Shown one piece after another: positions 19,601 to 31,000 of a stretch of DNA of 64,000 nucleotides. How positions within the stretch are numbered: position 1 is the first letter of the stretch; each line of letters opens with the position of its first letter. The notes under the pieces were generated by a model. The model saw only the letters and a list, made by a program, of their open reading frames with translations. It did not search any database and was not told where the DNA came from. A program made the position numbers and the translations under genes. Source of the stretch: Candidatus Woesearchaeota archaeon (lineage in GTDB: Archaea > Nanobdellota > Nanobdellia > Woesearchaeales > UBA525); the NCBI GenBank assembly GCA_028818155.1, contig JAPPOH010000005.1, forward strand, positions 29,943 to 93,942, read 5' to 3'.

Positions 19601-22600
19601 AAGTTTGTGATTGGAGCACTTGCATTCTCAAGCAATGTACCGTTCAAGTAAATTTCGATGTATCCAGCAGAAGGTGTGATGAGTGCTGCCGTGATATTTA
19701 CAGAGCTACGCTCTATGATGGTGAGGTTTCCATCAGTATTATTCAAGAGAAGATTGATAGAACCAGTCGCTTTGTTAATGATATACGTATGAAGAGGAGT
19801 TTGGTTAATATTATTACTCGTGTCGTTTGCATACCAGCGATACCGGTACGTTCCACCAGCAAGATCACTGATTGTGTAGTTGTATATGTTCGAGACAGAA
19901 AGTGCAACGGTTTCATTGATCAGTGCGCCGGTAAAATTATGCTCAAGAAGAACTGTGTCAACAGCAACATTATCTATCCATGTCGCATTGAATTCGTACA
20001 AGGCACCAGAACTGTACGTTGCTGGAGATGCAGGATCTGTCGTATTGCTCGTGTACGTTGGCGGACTTGTATCGACAATAATTGTCCTGTTGCTGCTGTC
20101 AAACGACCCTCGACCAGATTGATCTTCACACAACACGTTCCAGATGTACGTCCCATCTACTATTGAGCGTACAAAAACACTTGGCTGTCCATTCAGTGGT
20201 GTTGTATTCACTTGCACAGCAATCCAACTTCCCGTTTCATTCGTATACAAGGAGCAGTTGTTGAGATTTGTATCGTTCCCTGTGTAGTTGAATGTAATAC
20301 TCGCTCCAACAAGTGCGCCGTCTGAGGGAGCATTGAGCATGACTGTTGGATCTGTAAGGTCAATTGTGAAATCATTCGTCACAGAGGTTCCTGAATTGAA
20401 ACTTGTACTGTTGTCAACACACGTGATACTCCAGTTGTGCGCACCTTCAGGCACTGTCGCGTTGAAGAAATTCGGCACAAAATTATTCACAAAGCATGCT
20501 GGTGTGACTGGTGCACGAAGATTGCCTGATTCGAGTGCCCCCCAGTACACGAGTTCTCCAGTGTGCGTGTCACAGTCGTCAGCTACGTCTTGTTCACAGT
20601 AGCGGAAATCCATACCACTTGATACGACATTCCGAGCCCAAGGATACTGCGGATCTTGCCCACCGTCGTCATCGTTTTGCGTCACCATGACAATAGGATC
20701 GCCGAAATTTGGACTGAAAGAGGCAGGCGTCCATCCTGAATTAGTGATGTCTGCACTTCCGTTCTGGTATCCAACGATTTGTGTTTCTGTTATGGCCACC
20801 CACCCAACAGTCTCTGTTGCATCCCCTCCAGTACACGTATCTACTACCCCTTCGTGTACACAACCAATAACAGTCGTATGGCTTGCGTTCGTATCTGCCC
20901 CTTCAACCCACGCATTGAGAGCCATTTCTCCTGTGTTTTGATTGTACGTGTTTGTGGTTGTGAAAACGTGTGGTGTTCCCGAGAGTGTTTTGCCAAAGGA
21001 AACTGCGTTATCTGCCCCATTGTGATTGATCCCAGTGGTTGTTCCTGCAGCGATCCAGTCATAATTTGCGATAGCATCAACATCGAATACTACATAGTGT
21101 ACATCCTCAAGTTCAGTTGTCGTGTCACACGTTGCTGCACCGTTGTCGCTACACAAGCTAACGTTGAATCCTGTGGTTGTTACATCTTTCACGACAGGCA
21201 CAAAACCGTTATTATCTTCAGCCGCTCCGGCGTTCTGGCTTGCGGGCGTTGCAATCACGACAGGCACACTCGCATATGTGTTGTTGAACGTAATATAGAC
21301 AAACGTGAAGTTCCCCACTTGTGTTGCCCCTGCTTCCCCAATTACCTGGTTTCCACACGTCTGGTTTAAGACTCCATCAATGTAAAGCTCGCATCGATCA
21401 ATTCCTGTCGCGTCTTCAGGTGTGTAATTGAAGGTGACATTGCTCTGAGGGATGTGCTCATTGTCAACAGGATCATTCAGTGTTATCAGAGGAGGATCAG
21501 CATCAACAACACTCACAGTAATGTTGAAGAACGCCACTGTCCCTTCATTTCCATTATCATCAGTACAGTTGACTGTCCAATTGTACTGCCCATTCAAGAG
21601 AAATTCTGTGAACGTGAACGTCACACCGTCAGAGATCGTCGTCTCCGTCTGCTCAACCACATCATTAATGATAAGCTCACAGAAGTCAACATCACTCATT
21701 ACATCATTCGCACTTGCATTAAATTGTACATTATTCGTCTCATTTTCAAACGTGTTGTTCGTTGGCACAAGTAAGGTAACAATTGGTGGTGTAAGGTCAA
21801 CAATGATAGTTCTATTGAGCGTTTCATATGATGTCACCGAATTTCCTGCTTCATCAATACAGTTCACAGTCCACAAATAGTGCCCTTCTGCAAAGTCAGT
21901 TGTGATGAAACTCTCTCCACCATTGGTGATCGTTGTGTTTGTTTCATTCGCATCAAATGTCCCTGTCGTGTTCACATACAATGTACAGTTGTCTACTTGA
22001 TTGGTATCACTCGTCGTGAAATTGAATGTAATTGTACCTGTCCCATATTCTGTCGCGTTCACAGGCAGGTTAAGTGTGAGATTCGGTCCAAGCGTGTCAG
22101 TGATATATGTAAAGTCAGCGGTCGAATTCCTACTATTACTGAAAACATCATATGCAACAACACGCCAGTAATAGATCGAGTTAGCGTCGAGAGCGAAATC
22201 TACAACTCTTGAAGTGTTCGTGATAGGATCATTATCATACGTGAAATCAGGACTATCGAAGTCACTCGATTTATCGAGAATAATCGTGTAGTTATCAAAT
22301 GTATCATCTGTCGTTTGCTCCCATGATAGATTCGGTTGTAAGTTCGAGGAAACTGTTCCGGAGAGGGGCAGTAACAAGGTGAATGGAGTCGGATCGCTTG
22401 TGTAAACTTCAAATGATAGTCCTGGTGAGGTATTCTGTCCTACTTGTCCAAACGTATCGTTCGCCCATATGAGTGTAATGTTATAGATACCTGACTGATT
22501 TGTTTCTATGATGGTGTGTATGAATGTATCACCATCTTGTGTGAGCGTATAGTTCTTTCTTGTTCCATTCGGGAAGAGCAATTCAACAAGTCCAGTATCA

Positions 22601-25050
22601 ACACCAAATGTGTCAGTTATCGTCGAGTTGAACAATATGTACTCGCTTTGATTGATCGATGTGTCGTTGATGACTCCATCTGTTATCGACGGGGTTACAT
22701 TATTCACATGAACAGTGAAATTATGCACAGAGAAATCACTATTCGCATGCGTATCAATACATTGCACGTTCCAGACGTACGTTCCATCTGCAAGACTCAG
22801 TACTGTGATATTTGTAGTTGTTGCAACAGGAACATCTGTGGCACTCGCATTCGGCGCCCATGAGCCAGTACTATTCGTATAGAGTGTACATGTCGCAAGC
22901 ACCGCATCGTAGTTATCAGTTGCTGAGAAGTCAAAGTCAACATTGTTGTCATTCACTTCAGTGTTATTTCCAGGTGCAAGGAGTGTGACGACAGGTGCTG
23001 TGAAATCACACACACCATCCCAACGGCTCCCATTACTATGATATGTTGAGAAGAGTGCATCATCTGTGTCATTCGTGTATGCAATAGCAAACGTATTGTT
23101 ACATAACCCTGTATTAAGGTGGGAATTCCAGCCAGTCACACCTATTAGTTCGTATGTAGTATCGGGAGAGCTCGTCACAATGAACGGAGCTGTGACTTCA
23201 CTTCCCGTTTGGTTGTATACTGCAGCTTTGATTGTTCCATCAGATGTATCTTGCCAGGCAACGACAAAATGACTTTGCGAGGCATTGTTAATTTCCGCGA
23301 TATCAACACGACTATCTGTTCCAGCATTCGCATCAATCTGTGTGTTACCAAGTAACGTCGTGAACGTGAGACCATTCGGCCGTCGTATACCAATGAAAAT
23401 GTCATCAACATTCGAATCATAGTAGACATACGCAAACGTATCATCCTGCAAGTGCGTCACAGCAACTTGCCCTGTTTCTCCAACATTCGTGTCAACATCC
23501 TGATTGTTTCCTCTTGAAAGCCCATCTGCAGCAACCCACCGTAGTGTCGCGTCATTCGGCGGATCATCAAATCTGATATAGATCCAGTGCGAACTGTTCA
23601 CTTCTGCACAGTCGACAAGATTCTGCAGTGTGAGTGCAGGAGCAATATTCCCGTCAACATTCCATTCATTTCGAATTTGTGCTCCATCATTCCCCCATAT
23701 CTCAAGGTCAGCATCTCCATCAGCAGTATTCGCCCAAACAATGCCGAATTCACTTCCAATTTGACAGAGTCCAACATCCATATTCGCTCCGATATTCGGA
23801 TCAACTTGGGTTTCCCCTTGCACTTGTGTTCCAGTGCTATCATAAATAAAGAAGTCAACATCATCTTCAGGTCCATCACCCACAGCAAACACAAAGTGCG
23901 TCCTATTGATAACTTCAACAGCAACACGACTTGTCAGATCCCCTGTTGTGTCAACATCGACTTCATCCACCAATTGCGTCCCATTCGTATTCCAGATTTC
24001 AAACGAGGCATGATTGTTGGCATCCCCGTCGATGAACCCTATGACGAGTGTTGTTTCATTTAACGCAGTCAGTCCAACGTCAATCGCTTCATTATCGTCA
24101 AACGTTTCAGCAAACCCAGGATCTGTCGAATTAATTATGAAGTCATATGACTCTCCTGGTGTGATGCTTTGTGCGTACGTCCAATTTCCGTAGCATGTTT
24201 GTGCTGTGAAGTTCCATTCAACACATTTCCATAATTGCGTACCTGTCGCGTTTGAAGTTACTGTTGCGTTCGTGAAGTTCACTGCTGATGGATCAATTGC
24301 GTACATTCTCGCTGGAGCCCTCTCACGGATGATAACTCCATCACTCTCGACGGGTTCTACACCTATTTCAAGCCCTTGTTCAATCACGACATCCCGAAGC
24401 GCGATACGTTGCACGGGAGCAGAGCTAAAAATGACATCCATATCATAGTGTTCCTCACTTAATTCTGGTGTAAACTGCCCTAAGTTGATAACATTCCCTA
24501 TTTTGTCTTTTATGAGGATTCCAGAGGGCACTATCTCTTTCTTACTTGTCTTCACTTCAAGAATACGGAGCCCATCATCCATAACAGGAGGGGGGAGTGA
24601 GATTTGTGGTGTGGTGTTTGTTCTGTTCTCAGATGTATTCACTTGCACAGTAACAGGTGTTGTATTCTGCACGCTTCCATTCCCAGATATTGTAACAATC
24701 GTTCTTCTTTGTCTCGGGGGAGCTGCTGTTTCAACCTCAGCGATGGCAGTAAAGGAAATGTTCACCCGTCCTGAAACAGTAAACGCTTCAATGACATAGT
24801 CGCCAGCCTCTCGAGGAGTAAACGCGATAGAAGAACTCGGTTCTCCCATCAAGCGATACCGTTCCTCCCCGTGAACGATCGTGAGGGAGGAAATTTCACT
24901 AAGGACTCGTATGACGACAGGCGTCCCAACTTGCTGCACGTTAGAGGAGATGAAGAACACATCATTCGACACTGGCTCGCTGAGAACAGGCATAAGCAGC
25001 AGCACGCTCAGTAGTGCAATGACCATTACTCGTTGTTGCTCACCTCTCAT
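16693..25050 (-). CDS. giant secreted multi-domain protein (2785 aa); contains CARDB-like domain, Ig-like Cys-pair repeats, one copy of the ~270-aa Cys-rich cassette domain, conserved C-terminal domain shared with the 5406-aa protein
   Basis: Uninterrupted 8.4-kb ORF. The N-terminus has a signal-peptide-like hydrophobic segment (VMVIALLSVLLLMPVLSEP). The C-terminal ~100 aa (ILWDSADD...GTYDYEIKVPSRL) is homologous to the C-terminus of the next gene. A CARDB-like segment ends in DDANLLNNN. Confidence 0.9.
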   Translation of the reverse strand: MRGEQQRVMVIALLSVLLLMPVLSEPVSNDVFFISSNVQQVGTPVVIRVLSEISSLTIVHGEERYRLMGEPSSSIAFTPREAGDYVIEAFTVSGRVNISFTAIAEVETAAPPRQRRTIVTISGNGSVQNTTPVTVQVNTSENRTNTTPQISLPPPVMDDGLRILEVKTSKKEIVPSGILIKDKIGNVINLGQFTPELSEEHYDMDVIFSSAPVQRIALRDVVIEQGLEIGVEPVESDGVIIRERAPARMYAIDPSAVNFTNATVTSNATGTQLWKCVEWNFTAQTCYGNWTYAQSITPGESYDFIINSTDPGFAETFDDNEAIDVGLTALNETTLVIGFIDGDANNHASFEIWNTNGTQLVDEVDVDTTGDLTSRVAVEVINRTHFVFAVGDGPEDDVDFFIYDSTGTQVQGETQVDPNIGANMDVGLCQIGSEFGIVWANTADGDADLEIWGNDGAQIRNEWNVDGNIAPALTLQNLVDCAEVNSSHWIYIRFDDPPNDATLRWVAADGLSRGNNQDVDTNVGETGQVAVTHLQDDTFAYVYYDSNVDDIFIGIRRPNGLTFTTLLGNTQIDANAGTDSRVDIAEINNASQSHFVVAWQDTSDGTIKAAVYNQTGSEVTAPFIVTSSPDTTYELIGVTGWNSHLNTGLCNNTFAIAYTNDTDDALFSTYHSNGSRWDGVCDFTAPVVTLLAPGNNTEVNDNNVDFDFSATDNYDAVLATCTLYTNSTGSWAPNASATDVPVATTTNITVLSLADGTYVWNVQCIDTHANSDFSVHNFTVHVNNVTPSITDGVINDTSINQSEYILFNSTITDTFGVDTGLVELLFPNGTRKNYTLTQDGDTFIHTIIETNQSGIYNITLIWANDTFGQVGQNTSPGLSFEVYTSDPTPFTLLLPLSGTVSSNLQPNLSWEQTTDDTFDNYTIILDKSSDFDSPDFTYDNDPITNTSRVVDFALDANSIYYWRVVAYDVFSNSRNSTADFTYITDTLGPNLTLNLPVNATEYGTGTITFNFTTSDTNQVDNCTLYVNTTGTFDANETNTTITNGGESFITTDFAEGHYLWTVNCIDEAGNSVTSYETLNRTIIVDLTPPIVTLLVPTNNTFENETNNVQFNASANDVMSDVDFCELIINDVVEQTETTISDGVTFTFTEFLLNGQYNWTVNCTDDNGNEGTVAFFNITVSVVDADPPLITLNDPVDNEHIPQSNVTFNYTPEDATGIDRCELYIDGVLNQTCGNQVIGEAGATQVGNFTFVYITFNNTYASVPVVIATPASQNAGAAEDNNGFVPVVKDVTTTGFNVSLCSDNGAATCDTTTELEDVHYVVFDVDAIANYDWIAAGTTTGINHNGADNAVSFGKTLSGTPHVFTTTNTYNQNTGEMALNAWVEGADTNASHTTVIGCVHEGVVDTCTGGDATETVGWVAITETQIVGYQNGSADITNSGWTPASFSPNFGDPIVMVTQNDDDGGQDPQYPWARNVVSSGMDFRYCEQDVADDCDTHTGELVYWGALESGNLRAPVTPACFVNNFVPNFFNATVPEGAHNWSITCVDNSTSFNSGTSVTNDFTIDLTDPTVMLNAPSDGALVGASITFNYTGNDTNLNNCSLYTNETGSWIAVQVNTTPLNGQPSVFVRSIVDGTYIWNVLCEDQSGRGSFDSSNRTIIVDTSPPTYTSNTTDPASPATYSSGALYEFNATWIDNVAVDTVLLEHNFTGALINETVALSVSNIYNYTISDLAGGTYRYRWYANDTSNNINQTPLHTYIINKATGSINLLLNNTDGNLTIIERSSVNITAALITPSAGYIEIYLNGTLLENASAPITNFTFFAEPGFYNVTAVFNETENHTSSVETHWITILDITPPIITQLSPENSSFVGTNNVVLQYNVSDSISIDNCTLFIDELENETDTSVTVGATEEFNVYLEDGNYTWRVQCYDVQSNFNTSFTLNFTVLKSDSINVDVTTNKLQYEVGDIANITTNTTDIFGTGLQTNVTTDIIYGNTTFKWWNTSWKKRQPLLITNQLASARTDVVVFANITGLAGNISDCVNEIRLILLNSSNVKNNYTVIPVEALGGDDDEYCEFRFLANISGGATNDEMYHVYYNNSGATDPGYAAISRTVTIMTEDFGDSSGGDGWFDTTGTNCGANLCTENSPWGNFNACIDGGDYEFCTTDDGADQAHSSTDYALRLQDLDVWAPERGVIFNMTNNNSLCGTSPCDSIRASSDFVGASLDSLSEFCTLITTDDNAATYTLLLNCTNANTTTCYTNDATPEPVDYFEIGPYDACTYAGIECNIDDVIQFNLGGRAPGNAGDHCMWDNFEVVGDKMTNANITTAFQEEEWHIYRNESETDSSGFVLMQFPTASEVFGNYSAVSEAYRSNFTNGTGWAQFEIVTDSTPPNVTLYAPPDFFESGAGSFNFTYAPYDINLDNCTFYLEQVTFDPIVTNTTPTNGENNTFYEEFVNVGVREWNVLCYDTYGNSAFAPLNFTINITGPDLKVNETDVTTSGESLVEGVNITLFANITNQGNTDTNDSIIVQFFTGGQGGDQINGNITIAELNISQSVVVNVSYILLPGVNEIFVTVDPMNTQDDANLLNNNVTINLTVEQYQIYYGNVSSGIVLHSGGDNTSYYEFGNVSNVAGHLLVADTDSAFSIVNLYALTRTEGGSPTGNDFTDADTNLNTSSFEDSLEEIWGGGTNTPLSVRGVNFTSNFVENVPYVNSTNVTAFWTGILWDSADDASANDQFDTTDEEDLVFVANINVSQAGMFGTYDYEIKVPSRLASYKGSEDTVSFFFEIV
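20510..21330. repeat. copy A of ~820-bp intragenic repeat cassette (encodes ~270-aa Cys-rich domain ...PVVIATPASQNAGAAEDNNGF...DPQYPWARNVV...FRYCEQD...ELVYWGA)
   Basis: Long stretches align base-for-base with 32090-32930 and 38370-39210. Examples are the TTCTGGCTTGC[AG]GGCGTTGCAATCAC segment and the CAGTAGCGGAAGTCCATGCC segment. Spurious antisense ORFs with near-identical peptides recur at each copy. Confidence 0.8.
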
Positions 25051-28000
25051 CGTAGTTCAGTATAGAAGCTTACCGATCCACCTCCGAGTATATAGTCACG
25101 TAATGTCGCAGGAATTTTGATTTCATAATCATATATTCCATATTGTCCTGCTTGTGATTCGTTCATGATTGTCACAAACACAATGTCTTGCGATGTATTG
25201 TATGCTGAGCCACCATCACTTGTATCCCACAAGATACCTGTGACAAAGCTACTTGTGTTCGTACTATTCACAACAGGAATATCTGTGATTGTCCGCTTGA
25301 ATGATTGTAGCGTAATAGAGGCTACAGGCGCTCCTCCGCTCGTCCACGTGAGATTAACACTGTCATTCAATGATGTTGCGTTCAGTTGCTGATCAATCTC
25401 TTCGAAGTCATCATTTCCTGTGTCAGTTCCATTTGTTGTGTTTCTCCCAATTGCTTGTAGTGAGGTGAAAATCAGAGAACTATCAGTGTCAGCAACGAAG
25501 ACATTACTTCCTGTTACGTTTGTTTGATTCCATTTGAATGCGCTGATGATAGATGCATCAGATATTTTGAGCTCATTTCCACTTGTTCCTGCAAAGATTT
25601 CGAAATGCCCGACATTGAAGTCTCTGAATGCTTCGTTATTACTTTCATTTTCTTCAGCAATACTACCATTTGTCGCAAGCGGCGGATCAACAAGTACATA
25701 GATTCTATTCAAGCCAATGACTGCTGAGTGATTCATGCTGACAGTTGTATTCTCGCCAATCCCCAAACTGGCAATAGTGGCATTCCCATTGATTTGTACA
25801 CCGCCCAGATCAGGATCACCAAGGAAGAACTGCACAGTGATATTCGTAGCGTTCAAGTTTCCAATGTTAAAGACTGTTGCATTGACTTCCACTGTCTGAT
25901 TTTCGATCGGCGTGCTGTTGCTGAATGTAATATTCCCTGCATTGATTTCTAAGTCGGAAAGCTCAACGAAGAATTGCCAGGTTTCACTAATGCCTGCGTT
26001 TGTCGCATTGTCAATACATGTTGCATTCCAGAAGTGGTAGCCGCTGTTGAGATCATTCACGGTGAAATTGTGGAAACTGCCATTCGTCACGGAAACATTC
26101 ACACTCACCACAACATCGTCGAGGGTCAAGTTACAGATGAGCGGCGTGCCAAGATTGTCACTCACCGTGAAGTTCAATGTTACGCTTGTACTTGAAAGAT
26201 TAGTATCGTTTAGCGGTGTGAGGAGTGTGACATTTGGTGGTGTTACATCTACATAGATGACAATCTCAGTATCATTTACTACATGTCCTGCTTCATCAAG
26301 TGCTTGTACAATGATTGTGTGATTCCCTTCTGTAATCGCGTTGAGTGTTGCAGTAGCTTCAACGCCATTCGTGCTCGTCCCGTTTGTATTCGCCACACCA
26401 TCCACATAGATTGTGTAGTTCAGGATAGGATCAAGATTGTCCGTGATGTTGAAATCAATGCCTGGAGTTAGTGTGTTGAACCACGTGTTGTTTGCGGTCG
26501 TGGTATTCGGTACTGGTGGCGTAAGATCAACATAGAACGTCAGCACAGTACTATTGTCTATGTTTCCTAACTCATCTTCTGCCTCTACAGTGACTGTGTG
26601 TTGTCCCTCAGCCAAGTTGCTGAGATTAACAGTGTTTCTCGTATTGTTCGTAGTTGTGTTCGTATGGTTCAGTGTACCATCGAGGTAGAACGTGTAGTTG
26701 AGGTTTGCTGAGAATACATCTGTGATGTTAAACTCAATCGTTACGTTCGTGACGGCATACCATGAGTCATTCTGTGTGAGGAATGTCACGTTCGGTGCTG
26801 TTGTATCAATTCGTATAGTGAGTGGTGTTGAATTCTTGAATCGCTGTAGTGTATCATTTGCCTGTACAATGATTGTGTGCACACCATCAGCTAGTGCTGT
26901 GATGTTCAAGCTGTTGTTTTGCAGATCTTGCACGACACCGACTTGTCCGTTTGCTGTGTCATCAACATAGATAACGTAGCTGAGATTCCCTCCAGTAAAG
27001 TCACTGATGTTGAAATCAATTTGTGGCGTTGTGTCTGCTGTAATGTTATTCTCTAATGGTTGTGTAATATTAGCGAAGAGAAGACTAATATTCCTTGATG
27101 CATTATTGTTGTTCTCGACAAGCTCCCCAATCAGTCCATCAGGATCCGCGGAGACAAAGATTTCATGGTAACCAAACGTAATGTTCCAACTTACCGAGAA
27201 GATCGTGGAGCTGTTGAATGCCACAGTCTGTGTGTCGTTGCCAATAAGTGTTCCTCCCGCACTCGGTAGCCCATCCCAGAACTGTACAAGTACGTCGTTT
27301 GCTCCTGTACCGCCTATGTTGCTCACATTTGCGGTAATATTTATTGTTTCACCTAGGTCAGGATTTGTCTCGTTGAAGTTTATTCGTGATGTTTCGTTGA
27401 GGACGAGATCTGGCTGGTTGATAACGAACGACTGTGTGAGGGAGTTGTTCGTGTTTCCAAGATCATCACTGCATGTGACATTCCAGTCATGAGAACCATC
27501 TGCAAGTCCAGCTACCGTTGTATTGAAGTCAGTGTTCGCAGTTCCAGTTATGCCAGTCACTGTGATGTTGTTGCTTGCATTCGTCACGAAAAGCGAACAA
27601 TTCACAGTTGACCCAGGGTGATCAATTGGTGTCCAGTTGAATGTGACATTATTACTATTCAACGTCTCGAGGTCCAGTGGTAGATTGAGTATAATTGTCG
27701 GACCGAACAAATCAACGTAGAAAGTGTAGTTTGTGTCATTTATGCCCTCATTGCTACTCAAGTCGATACAACTAACTGTCCAATTATACTCTCCATGTGC
27801 TAGTGCTGTGAGATTAAAGTCATTCGTCACGTTATGTGATACTGTTGTGTTCGTTTGATTGTTAAGACCATTCACAATGAGTGTACAGTTCCCAATGTTC
27901 TCTGAATTGTCAGTTGGTGTGTAATTGAGCATGAATGACGTTACTGCTGCTCTCGTTCCATTCGATGGAGCGTCTAGCACTACTTTAGGCGGTTCATTCA

Positions 28001-31000
28001 CTGTGAAATTGAATGTGTCTGATGCGCCAATTCTTCCAGAATCATCAGTACAGGATACTTCCCATAGGTGAAGGCTGTCATTGATGCTGGAAATTGTCGT
28101 GTTTGCTACAGATCCATTCGGGGAGTCGATGTCTCCTGCAACAAGCACACTGTCAAGAGAGACGTTACAACTGAGAGTAGGATCGATATTGTCAATCGCA
28201 GTCCAGTTGAAGAGGATCGTACTCACAGCGAATGTTGTCCCGTTCGGATGATGTGGTTGTACTGTTGGATTTGTGAAGTCAATGTAAATAGTCCGTATTT
28301 CAGAAGCTCCTCGCACAACATCATTGTCTGTGCAGTTTACCTGCCATGTATAACTACCTTCATTCAAACTTTCTAGTGTGAAATTGTTCTCAGCATTGTT
28401 CGTTATCGTTCCATCTGTTTGGTTGTTTGATCCATCGATAATGAGTTCACAGAAACCACCAGAGTCAAAATCTGCGACACTTTGTGGAGTGTAGATGAAT
28501 GTTACGTCTCCATCACTGTCACTTGCGTTGTCATCAGGGGAATTGAGAATGACATTTACATCAGGACTCACACTGAAGTTCAGCGTTTCAGATGTATTCA
28601 CAAATCCAGTATTGTCAATGCACGTAACATTCCATGAATAGTTCCCTGCTGTGAAACCTGATCCTGTCACCACAGTTGCTGTTCCATTGTCTGCTGTGGT
28701 CGTTATATTCACATCCCCGTTCACAGTGACGTTACAGTCAAGCACAGGGTCAATATTGTCGATTGCTGTAAAGTTGAAATCGACCGTCGTCACGAAGAAT
28801 GTTGCATTGTTTGCCGGAGCATTGAGTGTAACTGTAGGCGTTCCACTATCAACGTGGAATTCTCTCACAGGAGAACCAGAACCTGAGAAACCATTTGTAT
28901 CAACACAAGTCACTGTCCAGTTATGGACGCCCTCAGGAATGCCGGTCAGATTGAATTCGTTCGGATCATCTCCGTCTTGGTTTGGAATTTCCGAGCTGTT
29001 CTTCGTTTGATTGACAATGCCATCGATAATGAGTGAGCAGTTTGAGAGGCTAGATTCGACAACGGTGTAGTTGAAGCTAATATTGCCTACTGGCGTCCCA
29101 TATCCATCCACAGGTGTGGTGAGCACGACAAGTGGGGCTGCGTCATTCGTGAAGTTCAATGTGTTGCTGATTCCTGTGTTGTTATTGTCGTCATAACATG
29201 TAACGTTCCAATAATGGAATCCATCACCAATACCTGAAACTGCGCCTGTGGTGACTGATCCATTCACTGCTGTCGTTGTATTCCAGTATGTTCCTTCATC
29301 AACACTAATGTTGCAGAAGAGTAATAGATCAACATTATCTGCAACTGTGAAGTTGAATAGAATGTCATTTGATGAGTGTACAGTTCCATCCGGATCAATC
29401 GCAGTTACAACAGGATCTGTCTCGTCAATAATTAACCTGAACGGGCCATTTGTTGCATTTCCAATGTTTCCTACAGTATCTGTGCATTGCACTGTCCAGC
29501 TATAATCACCTTCACCCATGTTCTCAATAAGGAACGATTGGTTCACCATCTCAGTAATTGTTGTATTCGTTTGATTTATCTCCCCATTAAGCAACAATGA
29601 GCAGTTTGCAATGGTTGTTCCGAGATCATTCGCAGTATAGACAAACGTGATATCCGTGACATCATCAATTGTATTATTCGGCGGAGCAAGGATTGTCACT
29701 TCTGGAGGGAAGATATCACTCGCAATGCCAAAGATTGCATGATCTACTCCGAGACTATCTGGATCTGCCACTGCCCGTCCAACAGCTGAGTAGTTTCCAA
29801 AGTCTCTCCCGGATGAATTCCAGAGGTTCGTGAAGTTCCCACCCACTCCTGATTCGTTTATGTCTTGCTGTAGGTGGATTTGATGTCCTGTAAGTATAGC
29901 TTCTATTGAGCTATAGTTCGAGAGTTCAACAACGAACGTTGTTACTGTGTTTGTGTTTGAGGCTGTTTGTTTGTCGTAGGAAAGATTCGTTCCATTTGTG
30001 AGCGTTGCAATGAGCATTGCATTCGTGTATGTTGTTCCTCCTCCTGTACTCTCCCATGTACTGATGTGGAATGTTCTGTTCAGTACAACTTCGTTTATCG
30101 CGACAGAAGTGTCAGTGCTGAAGGCAGAATCATCCACTTGTGTCACTGTCCTCCTTGGCATCTCAACCATAAACCAGTCAATCATTGCAACGCCGTTTGC
30201 CCCCACAGATCGTTCAAAGCTCACACGATCACTTCCGACAAACTCAGCCCTGACGTGGTTCTCGTCTAATCCTGTGTCATTCGCAATCGTTCGACTCATA
30301 ATGATGAAACTTCGTGTGTCATTGAATGCATTGATCACAACAGTCTCTATCGTGTCACCTGCGTCCATTGTTGCTGTTCCATTTTGAACTCGTGTTCCTT
30401 CCCATGTAACAACTTGCCATGCGACATTCGATTCGGCACCCCCTGTGAGTCGCTCAAATTCGATCTGCGTACTATTTACAAAGTGTCCTCGAACAAATGC
30501 AATATTATTGAGTGAGGTACTAGTTGAGTCTCCACTGGCAGACACAACGATGAAGCTCTTTGTCACATCAACTTCAGCAATGTCCGCTGTTGTCGTTAAC
30601 GTCCCTGACGTGAGTGTGTTATTTCCTTGTTGCATCGTAATATCCTCATGCTCAATAACTTGCCACGAAATATTCGCCGCTGCCGTACCAAGGTAGCGCG
30701 AGAAGTGCAAGTGCGTACTGTTCGTAATATTTCCTGTGAATCTATTCCCATCAGGCGATGTGTCAGCAGAATTAGCTGTGAAAAGCAAGAATGAATTTGC
30801 TACTGTAACAGGTGTTGGCAGCTCCACAATGAAATCTGCCCCCGTCCCATCAACCGTTCCTCGCTGTACATTTCCACGACTGGCTACTGTTGCATTTGCT
30901 GGCGAGCCAGATGCCCCAGTGTTATTGAAGTACGCAAAGTAGCGATCTTGGTCGAACGCATTTGCTGTGATGTTCGCAGCAAAGAACACTTCACAGTAAT